Positions 47,391 to 55,498 of a DNA stretch of 64,000 nt are shown here, piece by piece (position 1 is the first letter of the stretch; every line of letters starts with the position of its first letter). The stretch spans positions 419,300-483,299 of the forward strand of contig JACRQF010000014.1 of assembly GCA_016222825.1 (NCBI GenBank), written 5' to 3'. The position numbers and the translations under genes were made by a program. Origin of the DNA: Verrucomicrobiota bacterium. GTDB lineage: Bacteria > Verrucomicrobiota > Verrucomicrobiia > CAIQCK01. Under the pieces are notes generated by a model. It worked only from the letters and a program-made list of their open reading frames with translations. It was not told where the DNA came from and did no database searches.

Positions 47391-49589
47391 CTACTGCGTG
47401 GCGGCTTCGCATTCCGCCATTTTTTCGCCGTAGAAATCGTCGGTGATCAGGCCCTCGTCGAAGAGGTAGCGGATTTGCTGCATGCGGCCGACCACCTGCC
47501 GCTTGCTGAACTTCTGGCCCTTGGCCTGCAATTCGGCGGCTTTGCTCTTGGCCTGCGCCATCACCTCGGACGAAATCTCCTTCGGCTCGCGGTTGGAGGG
47601 CGGCTGGTAGGAGGGATCGTAAACGAGCACCTTGAAGTCTTGGGCGGGCACGAGGTGCCGCCAAAGGAAGGCCTGCATCTTGTCTTCCGCCGCGACAGCC
47701 GCGTGGACGATTCTCTTGTCTCCGATCTTCGCACCACCCTGGATGGTCAGGTTAATCGGGCCGTCGGTGGCGGAGTTTGCCTTGAAGCTGAAGCGGGTAA
47801 TGTTCTGTTTGCCTCCCAAGGTAACAGGAAAAGCACTGAATCCGGGCGGAGGATTCTTCAAGTTGATGCTGATGGGGCCGTCGAAGCCATCTTTGCGCAT
47901 GGCATAGATGGTGACGCCCGCGGTGTTCCTTTGCCGGAGGTTGGTGCTGCTGGCGACGACGCGCAGTTCAAAATCGGGCCGCGGCGCACTGATGCGGAGG
48001 CGGTAGCCGTATTCCTCGCCGCCCTTGCGGCCGGTGTCGCCGATGTGAACGCAGTAGGTGCCGTTGGCCGGCAGCTTCGCCATGAAGTAGGAGTCGGCGT
48101 GGTGCGTGTTGACGCCTGCGCCGAGGTCTTCCTGGTCGTCGCTGAACGCCAGCAGTTTGCCGCTCGCGTCGGTGAGCTTGATCACGGAGTCCACCGGCGA
48201 ATCGAGCCTGCGCGCATGGACTTCCGCGACCACCGTGTTGCCCGCCTTGCCGGTGAACTGGAACACGTCCCAATCGTCTTCCTTGTCAATGCGCCCGTTG
48301 ACGATGAGAGGCAGCGTCACCTTCTGCGCGCGCTCCGGGGTGTTGTTGGGTTCCTTGTCGAAAGCTTCCGGCAGCGTGCCGAGGGCGAACGGCACGCGGT
48401 TGGAGAGGAAGCCGTCCTTGTTGGCGGCGATCTGCTGGATGCCCGGCCCGGCGTCCTTGGCCGGCTGCCGCAACTCGGCGTTTCCGAGATTGACGCCTTT
48501 CATCTTGACCGGGTGCGGCTCGCCGACGCGGCCACCCAGCGGGAAGATGCTCGTGATGAGCGGCAACTCGCCGATGGTGACGCGATAGACGAAATCCTCG
48601 CGGCCACGGTAGATGGCGTCGGTGATGGTGAAGACGTATTCGCCGTCCTTGGGAATCTGATAGACGATCGTCGGGTCGGGCTTGAAGCGGTAGTCGTCGT
48701 CATACGCCAGCTCCTTGCCGTCCGCGTCGTAGAGGGCCAGCACGGGCTGGAACCAACCGGGCACGGCGTCGGCGAGGTAGGGGATCAACTGCCGCGCGAG
48801 CGTGGTGATGACGAGCCGCTGGCCCTTGCGCGCGTCGAACCGGTAGCGGTTGATCTCGCCGGAAGCGATTTGGCCGTTGACGGTGCAGGGAATGCTGACG
48901 CGGTCCTCGATTTCGTTTTCGGGCCGCTTGCGGAGGGCCAGTTGCTCCTTGCCGAGCACTTGAAACGGCGTGGTGGCCATCGGCTTGCGGCTATGTTCGG
49001 CCAGTTCGCCGACATGGAATGGAAGCGGATTCGACGCGCCGCCGCGCAGGGTCACCAGCCGCAACTCCCGCTCGCCGACCGGCGCATCGGGGGCAATCGT
49101 GACCTCCAGATAGGCAAGGCTGGCCAGCGAAGCGCTGGCGGGCCGGAGCACGTATTCGCGCATCCGGGTCTGGATTTTCTCCATGAGCTGCTGTCTGGCG
49201 TCGCCCTTGGCGCCCGCCGAGGATTTCCCCGCTGACGGTCCGGAGGCCATCATCATCATCTCGTCATCCGACGACCTTCTTCTGGATGCCCCCTTCGTTT
49301 TCGACCTTCTCAGCTCTGACAATTGCTGGCTCAACAACTGCATGTCTTGCGGGCCGAGTTTCTTCTGATACTCGACGAGCCGGGCGGAAACGCCGGAGCC
49401 GCTGACAATCGCTCCCGTGATGCCGTCCATGGCCTGTCCGCCCAGTTTGACCCGGAGCGTTGTTCCCTGCTGGCCGCCGGCGGGATAGACGAAACCAACA
49501 TACGGTCTCGCCATCTGCGCTCGCGCCGCCGGCGCCATCGCCATCAAGCCAGCCACACCCAGAACCGCAAGCCATTGAACTTTGCTCAT
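47391..49589 (-). CDS. Secreted PPC-domain (pre-peptidase C-terminal-like) scaffold protein, paralog B
   Basis: YPAGGQQG, EPNNTPERAQ, VNGRIDKEDDWDVF, ARRLDSPVDS, YRLRIS; MMMM insert; SHOCT-like tail. Confidence 0.8.
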   Translation of the reverse strand: MSKVQWLAVLGVAGLMAMAPAARAQMARPYVGFVYPAGGQQGTTLRVKLGGQAMDGITGAIVSGSGVSARLVEYQKKLGPQDMQLLSQQLSELRRSKTKGASRRRSSDDEMMMMASGPSAGKSSAGAKGDARQQLMEKIQTRMREYVLRPASASLASLAYLEVTIAPDAPVGERELRLVTLRGGASNPLPFHVGELAEHSRKPMATTPFQVLGKEQLALRKRPENEIEDRVSIPCTVNGQIASGEINRYRFDARKGQRLVITTLARQLIPYLADAVPGWFQPVLALYDADGKELAYDDDYRFKPDPTIVYQIPKDGEYVFTITDAIYRGREDFVYRVTIGELPLITSIFPLGGRVGEPHPVKMKGVNLGNAELRQPAKDAGPGIQQIAANKDGFLSNRVPFALGTLPEAFDKEPNNTPERAQKVTLPLIVNGRIDKEDDWDVFQFTGKAGNTVVAEVHARRLDSPVDSVIKLTDASGKLLAFSDDQEDLGAGVNTHHADSYFMAKLPANGTYCVHIGDTGRKGGEEYGYRLRISAPRPDFELRVVASSTNLRQRNTAGVTIYAMRKDGFDGPISINLKNPPPGFSAFPVTLGGKQNITRFSFKANSATDGPINLTIQGGAKIGDKRIVHAAVAAEDKMQAFLWRHLVPAQDFKVLVYDPSYQPPSNREPKEISSEVMAQAKSKAAELQAKGQKFSKRQVVGRMQQIRYLFDEGLITDDFYGEKMAECEAATQ

Positions 49590-49672
49590 AAATTGCTCCA
49601 GTGATTATCCATCTGCACGAGGTGCTTGTGCCGTGCGCCCCAGCCGCCGGATCTGCTGATGACGATGTGATC

Positions 49673-51964
49673 TCACTGCGCGGCACATTCGCACTCCGCA
49701 GCTCTTTCGCCATAGAAGGCGTCCGTGAGCAGCCCTTCTTCAAAGAGATACTTGAGCTGCCGCACGCGGCCGGCTGCCTGCCCCTTGGTGAATTTCTGCC
49801 CCTTGGCCTGCATTTCGGCGGCCTTGACCTTCGCGCGGGCCAACACATCAGGCGGAATATCCCGCGGCACGCGCACCGGCGGCGGTTCGTAGGCGCCATC
49901 GTAAACGAGCACCTTCAAGTTTTGGGCGGGCACGAGATGCCGCCACAGGAACGCTTGCATCCGGTCTTCCGAGGGAACGCCCGCGTGGGTGATCTCCTGC
50001 TCGCCGACCTTCGCGGTGCCGACAACAGTGAGGTTGACGGAGCCTTTGGTGATGAGGTCTGTCTTGAAACCGACCGACGTGATGTTCTTGCCGGCCGGCA
50101 AAATGGAGACGTAGGGAGTGATCCCAATGGGCGGATCTTTCAGGGTGATCTTGATGGGGCCGTCGAAGCCGTCCTTGCGCTGGGCGAAGACGGTGAAGGC
50201 CGTGCTGCTCTTTTGCCGGACGCTGACGCTGCTGGGCATGATGCGGAGGGCAAAGTCGGGCCGCGGCGCGCTGATGCGCAGGCGGTAGCCGTATTCCTCG
50301 CCGCCCTTGCGGCCGGTGTCGCCGATGTGGACGAAGTAGGTGCCGTCGGCGGGCAGCTTGGCCATGAAGTAGGAGTCGGCGTGGTGCGTGTTGATGCCCG
50401 CGCCGAGGTCCTCGCGGTCGTCGTTGAAGGCGACCAGTTGGCCGTTGGCGTCGGTGAGTTTGATCACGGAATCCACCGGGGAATCGAGCCGGCGCGCATG
50501 GACTTCCGCGACGATGGAGTCGCCGGCGTTGCCGCTGATCTGGAACACGTCCCAGTCGTCTTCCTTGTCAATGCGCCCGTTGACCGTGACGGGCATCGCC
50601 ACTTTCTGCGCCTGGGCGATGGTGTTGTTGGGCTCCTTGTCGAAGACTTCCGGCAAGGTGTCCAAGGCGAACGACACGGGGTTGGAGAGGAAACCGTCTT
50701 TGTTCGCCGCGACTTGATGGATGCCTGCCTCGGCCTCCTTGGCGGGAAGCACCAGCTCGGCATCGCCCAAATGCAGTCCCTTCATCCTGACCGACGCCTG
50801 CTCGCCGACACGGCCGCCCAACGGGAAGATGCTCGTGATAAACGGCGTCTCTCCGATGGTAACCCGATAAACAAAATCCTCGCGGCCGCGGTAGATGGCG
50901 TCTGTGACGGCCAGCACATACTCACCGTCTTGGGGGATCGTATAAACGATGATCGGATCCGGTTTGAAACGGTAATCATCGTCATAAGCCACTTCCTTGC
51001 CGCTGGCATCGTAGAGCGTCAGCACGGGCTGGAACCAGCCGGGCACGGCGTCGGCCAGATACGGGATCAACTGCCGCGCGAGGGTGGTCATGATGAGTTG
51101 CTGGCCCTTGCGGGCCTCGAAGCGATACCGGTTCTGTTCGCCGGAAGCGATCTGGCCATTCACGGTGCAGGGAATGGTCACGCGATCCTCGATCTCATTC
51201 TCCGGCCGCTTGCGGAGGGCGAGATACTCTTTGCCGAGCACCTGGTAATCAGCCGTCTTCATCGGCTTGCGGCAGTATTCGGGCAACTGGCCGACATAGA
51301 AGGGAAGCGGGTTCGACGTGCCACCACGGAGAGTTGTCACCCGGATCTCCCGCTCGCCGGGAACCGCGTCAGGAGAAACCGTGACCTCGACATAGAGAAG
51401 CGACGAGATCGAACGGCAGGCCGGCGTGTTGCAGTAGTCGCGAAGCCGCTTCTCAAGCTTGGCAATCAGCCTGTCGGTGGCCTCGGCGCTTTCCAGTGCC
51501 GCGATTCCTCCACCGGCCTTTTGCGAGGACATCATCTCATCGCCCGATGACATCATCGGCTCGCCCGAACTGGACGGGGTCTTTGCAACGGTCTTCTGCG
51601 AGGAGGACATCATCATCGCCGGGTCTCCCGATGACATCATCATCTGGTCGCCCGAACTCGCCGCCGAGGCGATCTGGGTTCTCGCCTTCCGCAAATCCCT
51701 CAATTGCTCGTTGATGAGGGTCATGTCAATCGGCCCCAAGCCGGGATGATACTCGATCACACGGGCAGTCACGCCGGAGCCGGAAACCACCACGCCGTCC
51801 ACGCCCGTCATGCCTTGCCCGCCGAGCTTGAGTTGGAATGTCGTGCCTTGCTGACCGCCGGCGGGATACACGAAGCCCACATAGGGCCGCTGCGCCCATG
51901 CCGACGGAGCCATCGCCACAACACCGGCGATGCCAAGCATCGCGAGCCATTTCACTTTGTCCAT
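49673..51964 (-). CDS. Secreted PPC-domain scaffold protein, paralog A, with a Met-rich insert
   Basis: True start MDKVKW at 51964; the ORF-track extension reads through a palindrome. Collinear and highly similar to 47391-49589. Confidence 0.8.
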   Translation of the reverse strand: MDKVKWLAMLGIAGVVAMAPSAWAQRPYVGFVYPAGGQQGTTFQLKLGGQGMTGVDGVVVSGSGVTARVIEYHPGLGPIDMTLINEQLRDLRKARTQIASAASSGDQMMMSSGDPAMMMSSSQKTVAKTPSSSGEPMMSSGDEMMSSQKAGGGIAALESAEATDRLIAKLEKRLRDYCNTPACRSISSLLYVEVTVSPDAVPGEREIRVTTLRGGTSNPLPFYVGQLPEYCRKPMKTADYQVLGKEYLALRKRPENEIEDRVTIPCTVNGQIASGEQNRYRFEARKGQQLIMTTLARQLIPYLADAVPGWFQPVLTLYDASGKEVAYDDDYRFKPDPIIVYTIPQDGEYVLAVTDAIYRGREDFVYRVTIGETPFITSIFPLGGRVGEQASVRMKGLHLGDAELVLPAKEAEAGIHQVAANKDGFLSNPVSFALDTLPEVFDKEPNNTIAQAQKVAMPVTVNGRIDKEDDWDVFQISGNAGDSIVAEVHARRLDSPVDSVIKLTDANGQLVAFNDDREDLGAGINTHHADSYFMAKLPADGTYFVHIGDTGRKGGEEYGYRLRISAPRPDFALRIMPSSVSVRQKSSTAFTVFAQRKDGFDGPIKITLKDPPIGITPYVSILPAGKNITSVGFKTDLITKGSVNLTVVGTAKVGEQEITHAGVPSEDRMQAFLWRHLVPAQNLKVLVYDGAYEPPPVRVPRDIPPDVLARAKVKAAEMQAKGQKFTKGQAAGRVRQLKYLFEEGLLTDAFYGERAAECECAAQ

Positions 51965-51993
51965 AAGCCGATCCTCACTTGCCCGCAAAAAAG

Positions 51994-52063
51994 AACCACG
52001 GAATGCACAGAATGCACGAAGCGAAACCTCTGCTTTTCGTGACCTTCCGTGCATTCCGTGGTT
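51994..52063. repeat. Intergenic palindromic repeat with 9-nt internal periodicity
   Basis: AACCACGGAATGCACAGAATGCACGAA ... TTCGTGACCTTCCGTGCATTCCGTGGTT; outer 19 nt are 18/19 complementary. Confidence 0.85.
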
Positions 52064-52074
52064 GCTGAACTTCG

Positions 52075-53433
52075 TTACATGATCTCGGTCAGCAGACCGT
52101 TTGACTTCACGCCTTCCGCGGCGGAGGGCAATATGTGCGCCTCCAAGCCCATCGGGTGGGGCAGTTTCGCGGTCGCGTCAATGCCTGCCAACTGGTAGAT
52201 GCTGCCGAGCAGGTCCACCGGATACACCGGGCGGTCCTTGGGTTCCTCGCCCTTCGAGTCGGACGAGCCAACAACGCAGCCGCCTTTGAAACCGCCGCCG
52301 GCCACCAGAACGGAAAACACGTTGCCGTAGTGGTTGCGACCACCGTTCCAAGGTGGCTGCCAGTCCACTTTGGGGCCGCGGCCGAACTCGCCCGTGCACC
52401 ACACGATGGTGGTCTCAAGCAGGCCGCGGTCCTTCAAGTCCTGCAACAACGTCGCGAGGCCCAAGTCCAGATTCGGGCACTGGCGGCGCATGGTGGCGAA
52501 GTGGTTGCTGTGCGTGTCCCAGCCGCCGGGGTAGTTGATGACGACGTATGGGACACCTGCCTCGACCAGCCGGCGCGCAGCCAGACACTCCTGGCCAAAG
52601 GTGTTGCGGCCATACTTGTCGCGCAACGCTTCCTTCTCCAGCGAGAGGTCGAACACCTCTTTGCCTTTGCCGAGAATCAGGTCATACGCTGCCTTCTTGG
52701 ATTCCTCCGCGGCGGTCATTTGCGGGCTGGCGGCCATCGCCTTGCCCATCGTGTTCATCTTGTTGAGCAACTCGCGGCGGTTCTTCTGGCGGTCATCGGT
52801 GATCTGGCGGGCCACGACGCCTTCCACCTCGAAGCGGTTCGCGTTCGGGTCGCCGCCAGTCGCAAAGGGTTTGTATTTCGGGCCCAGGAAACCTTCCTCG
52901 GAGAACCGGCCCTGCGCCTGCGTCATCACCACATAGGGCGGAATGATGCCCTTGTATTCCTTCTTGAACAGCGCGAACACGGCGCCAATGCTCGGATACG
53001 CCAGCCGCTCGCCCGGCGTGTGGCCGGTTTGCATCAGATAGGCAGCGGTTTCATGGCCATTGTTGCGGTGCGTCATGCCGCGGATGAGGGAGAACTTGTC
53101 GGCTTGCTTCGCCAGCGCGGGAAACAGCTCGCCGAGCTGGATGCCATCCACGTTGGTCGGAATCGCCTTCGCGAACTCGCCCATGTATTCGTAGCCCGCG
53201 TCCGGTTTCGGATCCCACGTGTCGTTGTGCGACATGCCGCCCCAAAGGAAAACCTGAATGACCGACTTGGCCTTGGCCTTGGTGGCGGTCTTCGCTGGCG
53301 CCGAGGCGACTGCCAGCGCGTTGGGTATCAGGCGATCCACGGCCATCAACCCTGCTGTTGCATACAGGCCCCGCCGCATGGCTTCACGACGTGAGATCCG
53401 CTTTCCGTTCTTCGAACTGTGGCTCGTGCTCAT
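52075..53433 (-). CDS. DUF1501 family protein, Tat-exported
   Basis: ISRREAMR; AKSVIQVFLWGGMSHNDTWDPKP, ARRLVEAGV, GWDTH, GEFGRGP, GRNH, AGGG. Confidence 0.92.
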   Translation of the reverse strand: MSTSHSSKNGKRISRREAMRRGLYATAGLMAVDRLIPNALAVASAPAKTATKAKAKSVIQVFLWGGMSHNDTWDPKPDAGYEYMGEFAKAIPTNVDGIQLGELFPALAKQADKFSLIRGMTHRNNGHETAAYLMQTGHTPGERLAYPSIGAVFALFKKEYKGIIPPYVVMTQAQGRFSEEGFLGPKYKPFATGGDPNANRFEVEGVVARQITDDRQKNRRELLNKMNTMGKAMAASPQMTAAEESKKAAYDLILGKGKEVFDLSLEKEALRDKYGRNTFGQECLAARRLVEAGVPYVVINYPGGWDTHSNHFATMRRQCPNLDLGLATLLQDLKDRGLLETTIVWCTGEFGRGPKVDWQPPWNGGRNHYGNVFSVLVAGGGFKGGCVVGSSDSKGEEPKDRPVYPVDLLGSIYQLAGIDATAKLPHPMGLEAHILPSAAEGVKSNGLLTEIM

Positions 53434-53507
53434 CTTTTCAGTTTCCTTTCATTACGCATCCGGACTGGCCGGAAATTTATCATACTTCGTGACCGCTGCC
53501 GCAAAAA

Positions 53508-55274
53508 TCAGTGCCGATACAGGAACTCCGCGCTGTTGAGCAACGCCCATGCGATGTCCACCCAGTCGTCGCGCCGCTTGACGAGGATGGTCTTGTCGGG
53601 CTGTTTGACCGACTTGCCATTCTTCATGATCGGCGGCTGCCTGACCGTTTGCGTCGTGCCATACTCTTCCAGATTCTTCACCTCGTCAGCAGTCGGGAGA
53701 CGCGATAGGATTGTCAGGTAAAGCTCCTCGATGATCTCCTGCGGCTTCCGGCCGGAGTCAATAATCGCCCTCATCTTGGCGCCTTCGTTGATCTTGCGGT
53801 AGATGTGGCTTGAATTCAGCATGTGCAGCCACTGGCTGGGAACCGGTTTGTTGTTGCGTTCGTTCTCCATGCCGGTGGCGCGCGCCGTGCGCCCGAACAA
53901 CGTGAGGAAGGGGCTGGTGATGCTGCCGTCCGCGATGGCCACCGCCGGTTTGTTCTCCGGGATGTAGGTGAACGGCTCCGGAATCGGGCTGGTGTAAAGG
54001 TCCGTCGCGCCGGTGATCTTGTTGATGGCGTCAATTAGCACCTCCGCGTCCAGCCGGCGCAGCGAGTAGCTGGCGAAGTTGGCCTCGGCTTCGGGCGTGG
54101 TGACCTTCGGCATCGAAGACAACTGATAGGTCTTGGAGTTCAGGATCAACCGGTAGAGCTTCTTCAAGTCGTATTTCGCGGCGATGAGTTCTTTCTCCAG
54201 ATAAGCCAGCAGCGCCGGGTTGCTCGGCGGGTTGTCGTCCCGGAAGTCGTCCGGCTCGTGGACGATGCCGCGTCCCATCACCCATCCCCAAACGCGGTTG
54301 ACGATGCAGCGCGTGAACCAGGGATTCTTTGGCGTGACCAGCCAATCGGCGAACACCTCCCGCGGATCCTTGTTCGGTGACAGCTTGACTTTGGTTCCGT
54401 CCGGGAAGACACCCACCAATGGTTTCAGATTGGCTTCCGTCGGATCGAACACCTGCGCGACGGCGTTGGTGGGCTGTGCAATGGACGTGATGGAGGGTTT
54501 GCCGGGCACGCTGCTGGCGGTCACGACGTTGGAACCGAGCGGATTCCAGAAAACGTGCTCCTCCTTCCACTCGCTCGTGGGCTTGTAGCTGATCTGCGAG
54601 AAGAACACCGCCATGCCCTCGATCTTGTTCGTTGGCCAGTTGTCGGTGCGCGTGCCCATGAACGTCAACGCCACGGCGCCCGCGATGCCGTCCGGCGTCC
54701 GGTTCTGAATGGCGCGGTAGAAGTTCACCGGGCCGACGCGGAAGTTGCTGCCGCTGGAGGTGAGCATCTCGTTGACAAACTGGTCATACGGCTTGTTCTC
54801 GACCAGCGAGGCCCGCACCCAGCGATGAAACGCCTGCGCCGCGTTGGGCCAGAGGTTGACGGGGAACTCCGCCTTGATCCGCAGGATGTCGCCCCACCGC
54901 ATTGCCCAGTAGTCGGCATACTCCTCGCGCTCCAGAAGCCGGTCAACCAACAGCCGGCGCTTGTTCTTCGTGTCGGGATCCTCGATGAACTCCTTGGCTT
55001 CCTTTGCCGTCGGCACTGTGCCGATGATGTCGAGGTAGGCGCGGCGGACAAACACCGCATCAGAGCAGAGTGCCGGCTCGATCTTCAGCGACGCGAGCTT
55101 GGCGAAAACGATCTTGTCAATCTGGCCGTCCGGCGCCAGTTCGCCTGAAGCTTCAAAAACATTCGGCCCCCTCTCCGCCGCTGCGGCTCCGCCCGCGACA
55201 GCCAGGAAGACAACCGCCGAAATCAAAGCTTTCTTCACCGCGTCTGCCGCTTCCACCGACACATCAAAACCCAT
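53508..55274 (-). CDS. DUF1549 + DUF1553 (PSCyt2/PSD1) protein lacking CxxCH
   Basis: IDKIVFAKL, FVRRAYLDIIGTVPT, NKPYDQFV, NPWFTRCIVNRVW, NPPSNPALL, ILNSKTYQLSS, RRLDAEVLIDAI, WALLNSAEFLYRH. Alternative GTG start at 55238. Confidence 0.88.
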   Translation of the reverse strand: MGFDVSVEAADAVKKALISAVVFLAVAGGAAAAERGPNVFEASGELAPDGQIDKIVFAKLASLKIEPALCSDAVFVRRAYLDIIGTVPTAKEAKEFIEDPDTKNKRRLLVDRLLEREEYADYWAMRWGDILRIKAEFPVNLWPNAAQAFHRWVRASLVENKPYDQFVNEMLTSSGSNFRVGPVNFYRAIQNRTPDGIAGAVALTFMGTRTDNWPTNKIEGMAVFFSQISYKPTSEWKEEHVFWNPLGSNVVTASSVPGKPSITSIAQPTNAVAQVFDPTEANLKPLVGVFPDGTKVKLSPNKDPREVFADWLVTPKNPWFTRCIVNRVWGWVMGRGIVHEPDDFRDDNPPSNPALLAYLEKELIAAKYDLKKLYRLILNSKTYQLSSMPKVTTPEAEANFASYSLRRLDAEVLIDAINKITGATDLYTSPIPEPFTYIPENKPAVAIADGSITSPFLTLFGRTARATGMENERNNKPVPSQWLHMLNSSHIYRKINEGAKMRAIIDSGRKPQEIIEELYLTILSRLPTADEVKNLEEYGTTQTVRQPPIMKNGKSVKQPDKTILVKRRDDWVDIAWALLNSAEFLYRH

Positions 55275-55498
55275 GAGCTGGAACCTTTCCTTATTGCCGC
55301 TCGGAACACGAACAATAGTCTGCCACTATACGACGTTCAGCATCCAGTTGCCATCTTGCTCCCCGCCGCTGTCAACCACAATGACCTAAAAGTATCACTC
55401 CCGTCCGGCCGGTCCTTTCCGTGCGCTCGCAACAGCGCCCGCGTCAGCCTTGGGGATTGCAAGCCGGCGTGGAACGGGCTTAACTGCTGCGTGTCGCT

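Noticed and set aside
51994-52063. Possible CRISPR repeat or Rho-independent terminator
   Set aside because: Inverted rather than direct repeats, no spacers or cas genes, and no clear U-tract at the stem base in the operon direction.
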